From positions 62,001 through 117,610 of IMG/VR virus record IMGVR_UViG_3300003394_000004: a stretch of 55,610 nucleotides of DNA. The stretch is one strand, 5' to 3'. The DNA is from an uncultured virus (IMG/VR IMGVR_UViG_3300003394_000004). Lineage: Duplodnaviria; Heunggongvirae; Uroviricota; Caudoviricetes. Made by a program: the position numbers and the translations under genes. This document shows, one piece after another, positions 8,268-18,655 of the stretch. Position 1 is the first letter of the stretch; each line of letters begins with the position of its first letter. The notes below the pieces were generated by a model that was not told the DNA's origin, ran no database searches, and saw nothing but the letters and a program-made list of their open reading frames with translations.

Positions 8268-8731
8268 TAGGCACCTGAACAATGTTTTTTTCCGTCTAAA
8301 CCTGGCATCCTACCTTTACACACTTGAACGGCATAACCATTCGCATATGCCGAAGGGTAAACATCATATTTTGCTTTAGCCGCAGCTTTACCACGAACAC
8401 ATAATTTTGTTCCCGTTTTTTTCTTACCTTCCATCATATTAGGTTCAACCTCCATTGTTTCGTCTTCGCCCCCATTGATTTCATTCATTAAAAAATCAAA
8501 GACTTGGTCCATATTGTTTTTTGCTTCAGAAATGTGGTCTTGAGCCCAGTCATGACCATTGTCAAGAATACTTTCAATTTGTGATTCATCTAAATCTAAC
8601 AACATTTCACATTGTCTTTTCATTTGTTCTAAATTAGAGAAGAACATATATCTTTCATTTTTTTGTTCTTGTAATACTTTTCTTACAAGGTCTTGAATCA
8701 TAGATTCGTTAAGTCTAACTATTTTTTTCAT
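8261..8731 (-). CDS. Hypothetical protein (putative head-internal) with a C-terminal CxRGK...YPSAYAN domain
   Basis: N-terminal MKKIVRLNESMIQDLVRKVLQEQ leader. C-terminal KLCVRGKAAAKAKYDVYPSAYANGYAVQVCKG. Confidence 0.75.
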   Translation of the reverse strand: MKKIVRLNESMIQDLVRKVLQEQKNERYMFFSNLEQMKRQCEMLLDLDESQIESILDNGHDWAQDHISEAKNNMDQVFDFLMNEINGGEDETMEVEPNMMEGKKKTGTKLCVRGKAAAKAKYDVYPSAYANGYAVQVCKGRMPGLDGKKHCSGAYC

Positions 8732-10215
8732 TTTTTGTTTACGATTTGGAACATTAATTCTTTTTGATAAGTATCTCGTTCTCCGCTAGTATTCACTTTT
8801 ATATCAACATAATATTGATTTGGTATTTTATCTCTTGTATCAAACATAAAGTAGTATTCGTTGGGTGTTCTATTAATTGGTGTCCAATCTTGAACTTGTA
8901 CTTCGGTATTACCTTCTCTAACGTATACTCTATAAAATGTGTCAATACTATTTAAAACAACCTGACTTGTGTAAGCTTGTTTAATAGTTACCATCACTTT
9001 ACGAATGTCGGTGTTAAGTATTTTTTCATTTTGTTTAATACCACTAAAATCAAAACCATAAAGGATTGGGTCTTTAGATTGAACACCAATTTGATATGCA
9101 GAAGATGTTGGTAATAAAACAAAATCATTTTCAATGTCAGATAAATTATTACCATCAATAACAATATTAGTCCATTTATCTGTGAATTGACATGGTGTAT
9201 AATATCCATTCAATGGTGGTACTACAACTTCATACACACCTTTTGTACGTAAACAAGTAGTTAGACCAGTATAACCTGAAATAGGTTCACCATCAGGATT
9301 TAAAATATCAACAACAGGATTTTGGTCCAAATTTACAAAGTCACCATTTTGATAAACATACAAATATAACTGATTTGTTCTGTTCTGTGCAAAAGTGTTT
9401 CTATCATCCTTAATAATATCATCGTATGTGGTTTGTAAGAAGGGCTGGTAGAACGTTTGGGTGTGACGGGTAAAGAACCCCACAGAATAAGTTTCAGTCA
9501 ATCCTGAGATGTTTTCTACCTCGGGAACATATGCAATACCCCAACCTGTAACACCTGTAATACTACCGTTTAAAATACCATTGATTTCACTTGTCATATT
9601 AAAGTTAATATCTTCATTTCCAAACTCAAAATGTTGGGTATCAACAATTGTTAAAGCCGAATAATTTAATCCTGAAAGTGATGTTGTTGGTATTGTATTG
9701 GTGTTGTTGTATAGACCTGGATATGACCAATTATTTATAGTGGTTGTTTGGAACCAATTTGATGGTCTTTCACTAAATGGTACGTTATCTGAGAATTGAC
9801 TCACTACAGGTTGATATGTATAATCAAAACCAACACCTTCATCCCAATCTTGGGGATTACCTGTGGTTCCTGAATATTCAGGTATTCTGAATAATATTAA
9901 ATCAAATGATGTTGCTCTACGAGAACCATCAGTTGTTGTTGTATTCAGTAAATCAATATCAAACGCTGATGTATTTGTCATGTTTAATACATGAGTCATT
10001 CCTGTTGTACAACCTGTTGATATTGTGCCTGTGGCAACACCTTCTATTAAATCTGCTAAATCCAAATCAAAAAGAAATCTTGTAAACCCTCTTGGTGCAA
10101 AAGTGGCTAAGTCACCCCCAAAATAAAGTTGTGTAATTGGGTTTCTACCCGTATTAACTACACTGTTTAATTGGATTGTGTTGTTCTTGTTAAAATATGA
10201 CCTTAAAATTGACAT
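8728..10215 (-). CDS. Putative virion structural protein (DNRLRE-like N-terminus, Ig-like C-terminus)
   Basis: T/N/G-rich beta-type composition, NTG.N...RFLFDLDL and WDEGVG motifs. Downstream of the spike gene; TATTTAT at 10237-10231. Confidence 0.6.
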   Translation of the reverse strand: MSILRSYFNKNNTIQLNSVVNTGRNPITQLYFGGDLATFAPRGFTRFLFDLDLADLIEGVATGTISTGCTTGMTHVLNMTNTSAFDIDLLNTTTTDGSRRATSFDLILFRIPEYSGTTGNPQDWDEGVGFDYTYQPVVSQFSDNVPFSERPSNWFQTTTINNWSYPGLYNNTNTIPTTSLSGLNYSALTIVDTQHFEFGNEDINFNMTSEINGILNGSITGVTGWGIAYVPEVENISGLTETYSVGFFTRHTQTFYQPFLQTTYDDIIKDDRNTFAQNRTNQLYLYVYQNGDFVNLDQNPVVDILNPDGEPISGYTGLTTCLRTKGVYEVVVPPLNGYYTPCQFTDKWTNIVIDGNNLSDIENDFVLLPTSSAYQIGVQSKDPILYGFDFSGIKQNEKILNTDIRKVMVTIKQAYTSQVVLNSIDTFYRVYVREGNTEVQVQDWTPINRTPNEYYFMFDTRDKIPNQYYVDIKVNTSGERDTYQKELMFQIVNKK

Positions 10216-10237
10216 TATATATTTTACTATATAAATA

Positions 10238-11749
10238 TCAATTAATTCTAATATTTGGATTTAGAATTTTATTTACTGCATTTTGTAATTCAAACAATAT
10301 TTGTGTGGATTGTGTTCCGTCTGTTGCAACGGGAACTGGTGGGGTTCCTGGTACTGGATGAACGTGAGCAACTAAGAATCTAACAATTAAATTAAGTAAT
10401 TCAATTAACTCCTCACCTCTAACCATTGATGATGTAAAAGGTAATACTTTATCTATAATATCTTGTTGTGTAATACCATATATTGTACCCTCTAAATCAA
10501 CAGGTTTGTTTGACTTATGTGATAAAAGATAAACTGTATCTGCACCTGAGGCTAAAAATGTTCCATAATCTGCAACAACTTGTTTTGAAACCACATCTTC
10601 TAAATCAACTTTAATGGGTTTTCCTACTTCACCTTTTGAACGTACAATCGCGTACTTTATGGCTTGTGTACCTAAACCGGGGTTTAATGTAATTGAATTT
10701 GCAATTCTTGATGCATTTGTAAAGATAACGGCATTTGCGGTTGTTGAAATGTCTCTTAATATTTTTCTGGCGGTAATGTTTGGTCTATAGATAAATGGAA
10801 ATTGGTTTTCAACAATTGGTCCATTTGGTAGTTGACCATTATTAACACCAATAATAAAATCATTTATTAATTTAATGGTTCTTTCAAATGAAAAACCAAT
10901 AAAATTTTGGTAGTATTCCAAAAATTTAACATCTTCTAAATTACTATCATAATCAATATTGTCTGATAATGTTTTATTAACAGGTTTTAATGAATATAAT
11001 CTTATTGAACCAGTGAAGGCATTTTGTTGGTTTTCTAAATTTTGAACTTCCCACTCAACTAATTTTTTAATTTGTTGATTTGCAGTTCCAAGTTTAATAA
11101 AAGTTTGTGTTTTTTTAATAAAAGTTGGGTCTGTGTATTTAGTTTTTTCTGATGAATCAAAATTTGATAATTGAACAAACGCTCTATTTGTATTGGCAAT
11201 AGGTAGTTTATTTGTATCAAACCTTTTTGTTTTTCCGGCTCTTAAAATAACACTATTTCTTCTTACAATGACATCGGCCGCACCTCTACCCAATAAAGCG
11301 TTGTCACCAGGTTCAGGAAATACACCATAAGATTTTACATTCTTGTATGTACCATCTTTATTTTTAATGGATAATGTACTTAAAACTCTATCACCTAATG
11401 ATGTGTATTTGTTTGCCGCTAAAATATTTTCAAAGGGTAAACTCATTGGTGATGAATAGGCTCCTTGAATATAATATTGGTCTTGGAATGGATATAAACT
11501 ATTTTGGTAAATAATGTTAACTCTTTCCCCAACGTCAGGAACTTGGCTAAAAAACATTGGTAATAATGGTAATTGTACAAAGGGGTCTTTTGGTCCCCAA
11601 GTATCGGTTACAGGATTAAAACTATAACCTTCCAATACGGCTCTTGTATTTTGGTCTAACGGATATGCTCTAATACGACCCAACATTTGTGGGTCTTGAT
11701 TATTAACAACCTCGGCAGGAAATATTATTTTCTTTTGTGACTTATCCAT
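10238..11749 (-). CDS. Baseplate central spike/hub protein (gp5/gpV-like)
   Basis: N-terminal OB-fold motif VVNNQDPQMLGRIRA...PLLP...VPDVGERV and C-terminal HVHP (HxH) tip motif. Confidence 0.75.
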   Translation of the reverse strand: MDKSQKKIIFPAEVVNNQDPQMLGRIRAYPLDQNTRAVLEGYSFNPVTDTWGPKDPFVQLPLLPMFFSQVPDVGERVNIIYQNSLYPFQDQYYIQGAYSSPMSLPFENILAANKYTSLGDRVLSTLSIKNKDGTYKNVKSYGVFPEPGDNALLGRGAADVIVRRNSVILRAGKTKRFDTNKLPIANTNRAFVQLSNFDSSEKTKYTDPTFIKKTQTFIKLGTANQQIKKLVEWEVQNLENQQNAFTGSIRLYSLKPVNKTLSDNIDYDSNLEDVKFLEYYQNFIGFSFERTIKLINDFIIGVNNGQLPNGPIVENQFPFIYRPNITARKILRDISTTANAVIFTNASRIANSITLNPGLGTQAIKYAIVRSKGEVGKPIKVDLEDVVSKQVVADYGTFLASGADTVYLLSHKSNKPVDLEGTIYGITQQDIIDKVLPFTSSMVRGEELIELLNLIVRFLVAHVHPVPGTPPVPVATDGTQSTQILFELQNAVNKILNPNIRIN

Positions 11750-11960
11750 TATTTCGTGAATTATATTCTTTTAATACGCTATCATACAAAGATTCAATGT
11801 TGTCCAAGTGTTTGGTCAATTCTACAATAAGATTTTTTGTTTCTTCAAAATCTTCATTTAAAAAATCCATAACTTTTGTTAAATCACCATTTCCTCTGTT
11901 TTTAATATCAGAGATAATTTCATTGGCTTCGTCAAACGATATTTTATTTGTTGTAATCAT
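11742..11960 (-). CDS. Hypothetical coiled-coil protein
   Basis: 72-aa ORF overlapping both neighbours by a few nucleotides. Confidence 0.7.
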   Translation of the reverse strand: MITTNKISFDEANEIISDIKNRGNGDLTKVMDFLNEDFEETKNLIVELTKHLDNIESLYDSVLKEYNSRNNG

Positions 11961-13990
11961 AAGGGAACTCCTGTCATTGGTCTTGGTACTGTAAATCCAC
12001 TTGGTGTTATTACTTGTGCTGGAGTCATGGACACCATCTTTGAATTTTTTGTTCGTTCAGATTCGGTACCTTTTATTTGAGATACTATTGATTGTAAAAA
12101 TAAATTTGGACTTCCATCAGGCATTGGTCCCGTTGGAATACCAGCTTTTTGTAATTCTTTAATTACTTCTAATGATGCTCTTATGTCATTAAATCCTGTT
12201 CTAAATGTTGATAAAAACAATAAAAATGGTGGTATTTCAATTCGTGTTCCTCGTAAGGCAAATTCAATAATATTAATAATATCACCAATAACACTTTTAC
12301 ATTTTTTATAGTCCGTAACCAACTGGGTTATTAATATTGCACCTTCAATTAATTGAAATATAACTGAGTATTGTTTTGCAACTTGGGATTTTTTTAAATC
12401 TCTAACAACACTTTGAAGAAGTTTTCTAATGTCTCTAACAATTAAATCACGTAAAATTTTTACAAATCTTGCTCCTATTTCAGACATAACATCTATGTTT
12501 AATGTTTGGAAAGTTTTTAAAAATGTTTGTAAATTATAAACTTCATTTACCACAGAACCAACTTTACCAAGAGCAATTCCTTCAATTGCTTTATACATCA
12601 CCATAAATGGTAATAATACTTTTGGTGAAAGAACGGATGCGTACAACGCTTGTGGTATTGCTTTGATTATATTGGTATCCACTGAAAATTGAATTTCAGG
12701 TCCTTGCGGCCATTGTGGATTTTTTGTTACAGATGCAATTGACTTGTTAAATATTTTACTATTACCGTCAGAGTTATTATCATCAACTTCTAAAATTCCA
12801 AGAAACGTATTGAATAATGCTTCAGTATCTATTGGTAACTTTACTGTAGTACAGTCAGGATATTCAACAACACCTCTTTGAATGTTTGATAAATCATTTT
12901 CAATTATTCTTAAATCAACATCTGTTAATTCAAAAAAAGACTCATCAATACCATCTAAAGGTGCTACTTTGGCAACACCACTAACATCAATTTCTGACCT
13001 ATCGTCAAAACATAGACCTAAAATACGAGTTAATATTCTTTGAAAGAATAATTGGCTTTCGGTTTCTGCAGAACCATTTTTTAATTGTATTGACATCGCC
13101 CCAAATAAAACTTGAAATATTCGGAGATATATATTTTTAGTATCAACCATTTTGATAGTCTCAAAATAATCGGTGATAAATTGACTAACTAAATTTTTAT
13201 TGTCAAGTCTGTCTGGTAATTTTACTTGGAAAAAACTTCCTTGGTTCCCATTATCATCTTCTGTTACATATGTAACATCAAGTAAACCTTGTTGTGATAA
13301 ACCAAGATAATTTTGACCATATGTATCATCGTAGGACACACCTTCGCTTTGAATCCTTTCATATAATTGACGATTCATAAAATAAGGATTTTTTTGAACT
13401 CCTGAACGAGATGTTGTAGTTGTTGTAGTTGTTGTTGCGGTACTAGTTAAATCTTTAAATGATTTATCTGTTGGTAATGTTTCATACATCAATCTACCCA
13501 TGGGAGTTGTTGGTGACTCTTTTAATAAACCAAATAAATCCACACTTTCAACAGGAATAAAAATACCACCGGCAGAAAAGGTTGATACATCATAAGTTTG
13601 TTCTTGTGAACATCCTAATTGTTTCAACATTGCTTTTTTAATAATATCTGGTATTTCAGATTTAATTTGATTTAAAGCTATTAAAAAATCATTTTTAACT
13701 AATGAAACAACTGAACTAGATGATTTACCCGATAATCTATTATCAGGTAATAATTGATTAAGATTTAATAATTTATCTAATTGTGTCTCAGCTTGTCTTT
13801 GGAATTTTTTTTTGTTTTCCTGTAATTGAGTTAAAGGACTTACAGTTTCTTCAGCTGCCTTTTCTTGAGACGATTGTTGTTGAGATGTAATTTTTTTGTT
13901 ATCTTCCGATACTTGATTAAAAGTCTGAACCGCCTTTATAGAACTTTCAGCGTTGTCATAAGCGGAATTTAAATCAACAATAGCTGCCAT
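11957..13990 (-). CDS. Hypothetical large protein, probably virion/baseplate-associated
   Basis: 677-aa ORF in the operon leading to the spike gene. Contains a poly-Thr tract. Confidence 0.7.
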   Translation of the reverse strand: MAAIVDLNSAYDNAESSIKAVQTFNQVSEDNKKITSQQQSSQEKAAEETVSPLTQLQENKKKFQRQAETQLDKLLNLNQLLPDNRLSGKSSSSVVSLVKNDFLIALNQIKSEIPDIIKKAMLKQLGCSQEQTYDVSTFSAGGIFIPVESVDLFGLLKESPTTPMGRLMYETLPTDKSFKDLTSTATTTTTTTTSRSGVQKNPYFMNRQLYERIQSEGVSYDDTYGQNYLGLSQQGLLDVTYVTEDDNGNQGSFFQVKLPDRLDNKNLVSQFITDYFETIKMVDTKNIYLRIFQVLFGAMSIQLKNGSAETESQLFFQRILTRILGLCFDDRSEIDVSGVAKVAPLDGIDESFFELTDVDLRIIENDLSNIQRGVVEYPDCTTVKLPIDTEALFNTFLGILEVDDNNSDGNSKIFNKSIASVTKNPQWPQGPEIQFSVDTNIIKAIPQALYASVLSPKVLLPFMVMYKAIEGIALGKVGSVVNEVYNLQTFLKTFQTLNIDVMSEIGARFVKILRDLIVRDIRKLLQSVVRDLKKSQVAKQYSVIFQLIEGAILITQLVTDYKKCKSVIGDIINIIEFALRGTRIEIPPFLLFLSTFRTGFNDIRASLEVIKELQKAGIPTGPMPDGSPNLFLQSIVSQIKGTESERTKNSKMVSMTPAQVITPSGFTVPRPMTGVPL

Positions 13991-13992
13991 AA

Positions 13993-14364
13993 TTATTTAA
14001 ACTTATATGAATTGTCGTTTGACATCCCATCAATATCTTTTTGAATTAAAGACTGTAACATATCATCATCAATATCACCTAATGATAAATCATCCTCAGT
14101 TCTATTTGATTTTTCCCAAATAGTTGATTGTAATTTGGCCAATGTTAATTTTTTCTCCACAACATCATTAATAATTTTTTGTTGTTTTTCTAAAACAGGG
14201 CCAATAACCGTCATGTCTTCGGGGTCTTTTAACATTGCCAACATTTTATTTTGAACTCTAATTGCCGTAGACCTTTGTTCTACAAGTTCATTGTAGATTT
14301 CTTGTAATAACGAAAGAACTGAATCTTTAGTTAAATTTATTTCCTTTTTTTTTGGTCGTGACAT
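13993..14364 (-). CDS. Hypothetical coiled-coil protein, first gene of a putative late operon
   Basis: 123 aa. TATTTAT on the minus strand at 14375-14369. Confidence 0.7.
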   Translation of the reverse strand: MSRPKKKEINLTKDSVLSLLQEIYNELVEQRSTAIRVQNKMLAMLKDPEDMTVIGPVLEKQQKIINDVVEKKLTLAKLQSTIWEKSNRTEDDLSLGDIDDDMLQSLIQKDIDGMSNDNSYKFK

Positions 14365-14393
14365 ATTGATAAATATTATTTTTAATATTTTTT

Positions 14394-15131
14394 TTACTCT
14401 ATTATTTTATTTAACACAACATAATATAACTTTTTAAAACGTTTCATTGCTGTTCTAATTTCTTTGGTTGAAAGATTTGTCATTTCACGAATTGAAAGTA
14501 AGATAATATTTTTATTAAATTTATTATTATCAGTACCCAAAAATATGGTTTTATAATTTTCAAATAATTCCAATAATGATATACCTAACTTTTTTTCATT
14601 CTCGGTTAAAGGTTCATTTTCTATGTAATGTCTTAATTCGTTTAAGAAACCTTGGATTATATCATCTGTTTCGAGTTTTTCAAGTTCCATATAATAAACC
14701 ATGTCAGGTCTTTGTTCTAAACTTGATGATATATCTTCGTATGATATTTTTCTATTTGTATCTTTTTGGTCTTTAATAATTTGACCCATCAAATAATTTT
14801 TACAAATAGTACCAAAATAAGAATACGCTTTCTTTTCTTTTGAAGGTTTAAATTTATCAACCTTTGTCATCAAAAAAGAATGTGTATCAGTATGAATATC
14901 GGTAAAATTCATATCTTTACGATATAGTTTATATCTACGGATGATTGAAGAAATCATCTTATCTAAAGGACCTCTCAAAAACTCATTATAAATTGCGTTT
15001 TTTTCTTCAAAAGTTTCCGCAATAAGATATCGTCTTACCGCCGCTTCTTCGGCAACATCAAAATAATTTACAGTAGTTGCTTTTCTACCTCTTTTTTTAA
15101 CCAAATCTGAGGTTGTTTCGGCGGATAACAT
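14394..15131 (-). CDS. RNA polymerase sigma factor, T4 gp55-like (putative late sigma)
   Basis: N-terminal NYF and region 2-like KFKPSKEKKAYSYFGTICKNYL (compare gp55 family KFDPEK..N.FAYFT.I). Confidence 0.7.
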   Translation of the reverse strand: MLSAETTSDLVKKRGRKATTVNYFDVAEEAAVRRYLIAETFEEKNAIYNEFLRGPLDKMISSIIRRYKLYRKDMNFTDIHTDTHSFLMTKVDKFKPSKEKKAYSYFGTICKNYLMGQIIKDQKDTNRKISYEDISSSLEQRPDMVYYMELEKLETDDIIQGFLNELRHYIENEPLTENEKKLGISLLELFENYKTIFLGTDNNKFNKNIILLSIREMTNLSTKEIRTAMKRFKKLYYVVLNKIIE

Positions 15132-15937
15132 TAAGCATTTTGAACTTCATACTTTATATTTCTGTCGTCTTTAAAAAAGTATTCTTTTTTTGCTGTAGAA
15201 ATCCAAAACTTTACTTCATTTTCAGTCATCACATCGTCACCATTTTTGTAGTTCCAAAATATTGAACCTTCTCTCATACTTGTGTGTTTGTAACCAAGTT
15301 TTGGTATAGTCATAATTCTTAAAGAATTATATGACATTCTTAATAAAAATTCATAAACAAATGTTAATTTAATTGACGGTTTAAATCCACCAAAATCAAC
15401 AAGTTTTTCTTTTTTAATTACCATACCAGCGGTTTGAAAGTTTTGATAATCTAATAATGTCTCATTATTTAAATAACCCATTTCTTGTGTGAAATTTGCC
15501 GCAAATGTTGCTTCATTTGTAAATCCTGCAAAAGTACCTTTATTATCCACATCAACAACTATTGGTAAAAACGCATCCACATCTGGATATATTTCAGAAT
15601 ATTTTAAAACATTGTCAAACCAAATATTCGAATATTCATCATCAAACTCAAAGAATGATACCCATTCACTTTCAGAGTGTTCAACACCAAATGAAATTTG
15701 TTTTTGGAATGATGGTTCTCCAATATATTCAACAAGTTTTACATTTAAAGTTTCAAAATCATAATTTTTTAATTTAGTAACCAATTGTTCTTCTTGAGTA
15801 TGAACAATAATTAACTCATTAAATGTTGTTTTTTGAATTATTAAAGATTTAATGGCACTTTCAAAGTATGTATCAAAATCTTTTGCCAATGTAGATTTGA
15901 TAGGTAATATTATTGATAAATTAAGTTTCTTTTCCAT
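15131..15937 (-). CDS. Glycosyltransferase, GT-A fold (GT2-like)
   Basis: LSIILPI start and WVSFFEFDDEY acidic motif. Confidence 0.8.
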   Translation of the reverse strand: MEKKLNLSIILPIKSTLAKDFDTYFESAIKSLIIQKTTFNELIIVHTQEEQLVTKLKNYDFETLNVKLVEYIGEPSFQKQISFGVEHSESEWVSFFEFDDEYSNIWFDNVLKYSEIYPDVDAFLPIVVDVDNKGTFAGFTNEATFAANFTQEMGYLNNETLLDYQNFQTAGMVIKKEKLVDFGGFKPSIKLTFVYEFLLRMSYNSLRIMTIPKLGYKHTSMREGSIFWNYKNGDDVMTENEVKFWISTAKKEYFFKDDRNIKYEVQNA

Positions 15938-15939
15938 GA

Positions 15940-16992
15940 TTATTCGGTTTCTTGTGTGATTTGTGCTTCAAAAGCGTCTTTACGTTTATTAATAAATGAT
16001 TCAAATATGTCAATAACTGACGTTTTAAAATTCTCTTGGTTTGTAAATTTTTCAGCAGTGTTGAATCCTTCGGTATATAAATCCGCTAAGACATTATCTT
16101 CTAACCATGTTTGAACAACATCGGCAATAACATCAACCATTTGATTTTGATTTTCAATCCAAATACCATTTTTTTCTGACATCCAACCTGGTTTTAAATT
16201 TGGTATTTTACCAACAACTGGTACACCACTCTTCATACATTCTAAAGGAAATGTTCCAAATCCTGAGGTTGGGTCAATCCAAACACCTAATAAACAATCT
16301 TGTAAACCTTTAGAAAAATCATCTTGGGATAAACCTCTTAAATCTTTGAAAGTAAAAAATCTATATTGTGGGTACTTTAAATAAAATTGTTTAATAATAT
16401 TAAGACCTTCTCTTTGTTCACGTGCTGAAACACCAATTAATGTTTTTGCAGGAAATTTAGAAGTTTCAAAATTTTCGTGTATTGTTGGTTCTATAATATC
16501 AACAGATACATGTCTCATTAATGAGTTAATATAATCTTTTTGTTCTTCAGATGTTGTTATACACTTAAAGAAACCATATTGTTCCCAAGTACCACCTGGT
16601 GATAAAGTTTCTAAAATGTGGTCATACGCTTGACACAAAACAATCTTACCACAAGGTAAATTTTTAACTTGTTCCATGATAAAACCAAAAATTTCTGGTA
16701 TAACCAAAACATCTTCAGGTGCAATTGCTAAGTTTTGACCTTCCAAAGTTTGATGTTGTAGTTCATCATAAGAACCCTTTAACCAAGAAGTTACAGAAGT
16801 GTATTCTTTCTTTTCATACAACATGATAACATTATGTCCGTTATTTTTTAAAGTCAAAGCCATTTCATAAATGTATCGTATTGATGCTTTGGCATTTCCT
16901 TTAGTGTCTTGGACAAAAAAATAAATTCTGTTCAATTTTTCGTCAATGTTTTTAATTGACACTTTGATTTTTTCAATCATTTCGTTTTCCAT
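15940..16992 (-). CDS. Glycosyltransferase, GT-B fold (GT4-like)
   Basis: C-terminal SGFGTFPLECMKSGVPVVG matches the E.FG...LEAM..G.PVV motif. Confidence 0.75.
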   Translation of the reverse strand: MENEMIEKIKVSIKNIDEKLNRIYFFVQDTKGNAKASIRYIYEMALTLKNNGHNVIMLYEKKEYTSVTSWLKGSYDELQHQTLEGQNLAIAPEDVLVIPEIFGFIMEQVKNLPCGKIVLCQAYDHILETLSPGGTWEQYGFFKCITTSEEQKDYINSLMRHVSVDIIEPTIHENFETSKFPAKTLIGVSAREQREGLNIIKQFYLKYPQYRFFTFKDLRGLSQDDFSKGLQDCLLGVWIDPTSGFGTFPLECMKSGVPVVGKIPNLKPGWMSEKNGIWIENQNQMVDVIADVVQTWLEDNVLADLYTEGFNTAEKFTNQENFKTSVIDIFESFINKRKDAFEAQITQETE

Positions 16993-17003
16993 ATACTGAT
17001 TAC

Positions 17004-17279
17004 TTAAAATTTTTCAATTAATTTATTTACTAACATTGTGTTCCACGCCAATTTAAAAGGTATTGTAAGTTGTGACGATACTTTATTTGCGAGTTTTTCA
17101 TCAATGTCTTCAGTTTCACTTAAGATTACATCAATAAGTGTTTTAACCATTTCGTATTTTACAATAGAAATATGTTGCTCAGGTTCTGTTGAACCTGATA
17201 TTGGCTCAGATATCATATTAACATATTTGTCAATATTATCTAAATTTAGGTAGTAGTTTTCACCAAATATTGTAATCAT
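17004..17279 (-). CDS. Hypothetical protein
   Basis: 91-aa ORF in the operon, with ATGA overlap. Confidence 0.7.
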   Translation of the reverse strand: MITIFGENYYLNLDNIDKYVNMISEPISGSTEPEQHISIVKYEMVKTLIDVILSETEDIDEKLANKVSSQLTIPFKLAWNTMLVNKLIEKF

Positions 17280-17869
17280 TTTTCTATTAAAGTTTCAATT
17301 TTTTTATCTAATTCTTTTAGTGTTGTAATGGTATGCTCACACTCTGTTGTTAAATTATAAGATGTTTCATACTTTATTAAAGTTTTATTTTCAGTTTGTG
17401 ATAATAATTCAGGATTTGACGTTAATAAAATATCAAATTCATTCCATATTTTATTTTTTGTTAACTGATTATAAAAAATTACTTTTTCAATTTCACAACC
17501 AAACTTTGAAATGAAAAATAAAGTTGCTGGTTTTGTTTTTCCAATTTGTTTTGAAATTAATAAAAAACTTATATTATCTTTGTGTTTTGCGATTAAGTCA
17601 TTTAAATCATAAAAGGTGGACATTTCAGTTGACGGTGAATGTCCAAATATTTCCATAGCAAACTCTTCATACATAAATGACAAATATTCCTCATCTGTTT
17701 TAAATTTAAAGTGATTTGAATATTCAGGTGTACTATACGGTGTTATGATTTCATAGTTAAATTCATCATCAACAAGTTCTAATTCATCTATAAAATATTT
17801 TTGATAAATTTGTTCTATTTTATTAAAAGTATCCCTTAAAACACCATCAATATCTATTGCAATTCTCAT
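17276..17869 (-). CDS. HAD-superfamily 5'(3')-deoxyribonucleotidase-like protein
   Basis: RIAIDIDGVLRD (HAD motif I). Confidence 0.7.
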   Translation of the reverse strand: MRIAIDIDGVLRDTFNKIEQIYQKYFIDELELVDDEFNYEIITPYSTPEYSNHFKFKTDEEYLSFMYEEFAMEIFGHSPSTEMSTFYDLNDLIAKHKDNISFLLISKQIGKTKPATLFFISKFGCEIEKVIFYNQLTKNKIWNEFDILLTSNPELLSQTENKTLIKYETSYNLTTECEHTITTLKELDKKIETLIEK

Positions 17870-18618
17870 TCTTCGTATTTACTTAAAATTTGTGAAATTA
17901 ATGGGTTTCTAACAATATCTTTGTCATTGAATTCAAAAACACCAATATCATTAATATTTTTAAACTTTTCAATTACATCCCATAATCCAGATTGTGTTTT
18001 GTCTTTGTATCTATCAGTTTGTTCTAAATCTCCTGAAATAAAAAATTTACTTTTAAAACCAATTCTAGTTAATAAGAGTTTCATTTGTTTTGGTGTACTA
18101 TTTTGAGACTCCTCAAAAATTAAAATTGAATTGTCAATATTCATACCTCTCATATACGCCAACGCAAACACTTCAATTGCTTCAATATTTTTTAAATATT
18201 CTCTTTTATCTTTTCCTATAATTTTATTTAATAGATAGTAAGATGGAAAAATATACGGGTCTAATTTTTCTTCAACATTACCTGGCAATGCTCCAAGTTT
18301 TTCTTCGGCTTCAACCGCTGGTCTGACAATAATAATTTTTTCATACGGTGTTGTTGGGTCTGCAAGTAAATCTACAGCCGCCTTCATTGCAATATAACTT
18401 TTACCAACACCAGCGGGACCTGAACATATTGTTATTTGATTTTTTTGTAATAAATCATAATACAATCTTTGATTTTCAGTTAAAAATTTTTCTTTTGTTG
18501 GTTTTGAAATTACAGAAGCAATAATTTCTTTTTTTGACTTAGGGGTAATTCTAGTTTCTCCACTAAAAACTGTTGGTTTTGTAGAAACAGTTGGTTTCTT
18601 TCTTGGTTTTTTTTCCAT
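17866..18618 (-). CDS. phoH: PhoH family ATPase
   Basis: GPAGVGKSY, RPAVEAEEKLGALPG, AYMRG, EESQN, LLTRIG and GDLEQTD. Confidence 0.95.
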   Translation of the reverse strand: MEKKPRKKPTVSTKPTVFSGETRITPKSKKEIIASVISKPTKEKFLTENQRLYYDLLQKNQITICSGPAGVGKSYIAMKAAVDLLADPTTPYEKIIIVRPAVEAEEKLGALPGNVEEKLDPYIFPSYYLLNKIIGKDKREYLKNIEAIEVFALAYMRGMNIDNSILIFEESQNSTPKQMKLLLTRIGFKSKFFISGDLEQTDRYKDKTQSGLWDVIEKFKNINDIGVFEFNDKDIVRNPLISQILSKYEE

Positions 18619-18655
18619 TAATTATAATTTATGAAATATAATAATAAAAGAAAGA

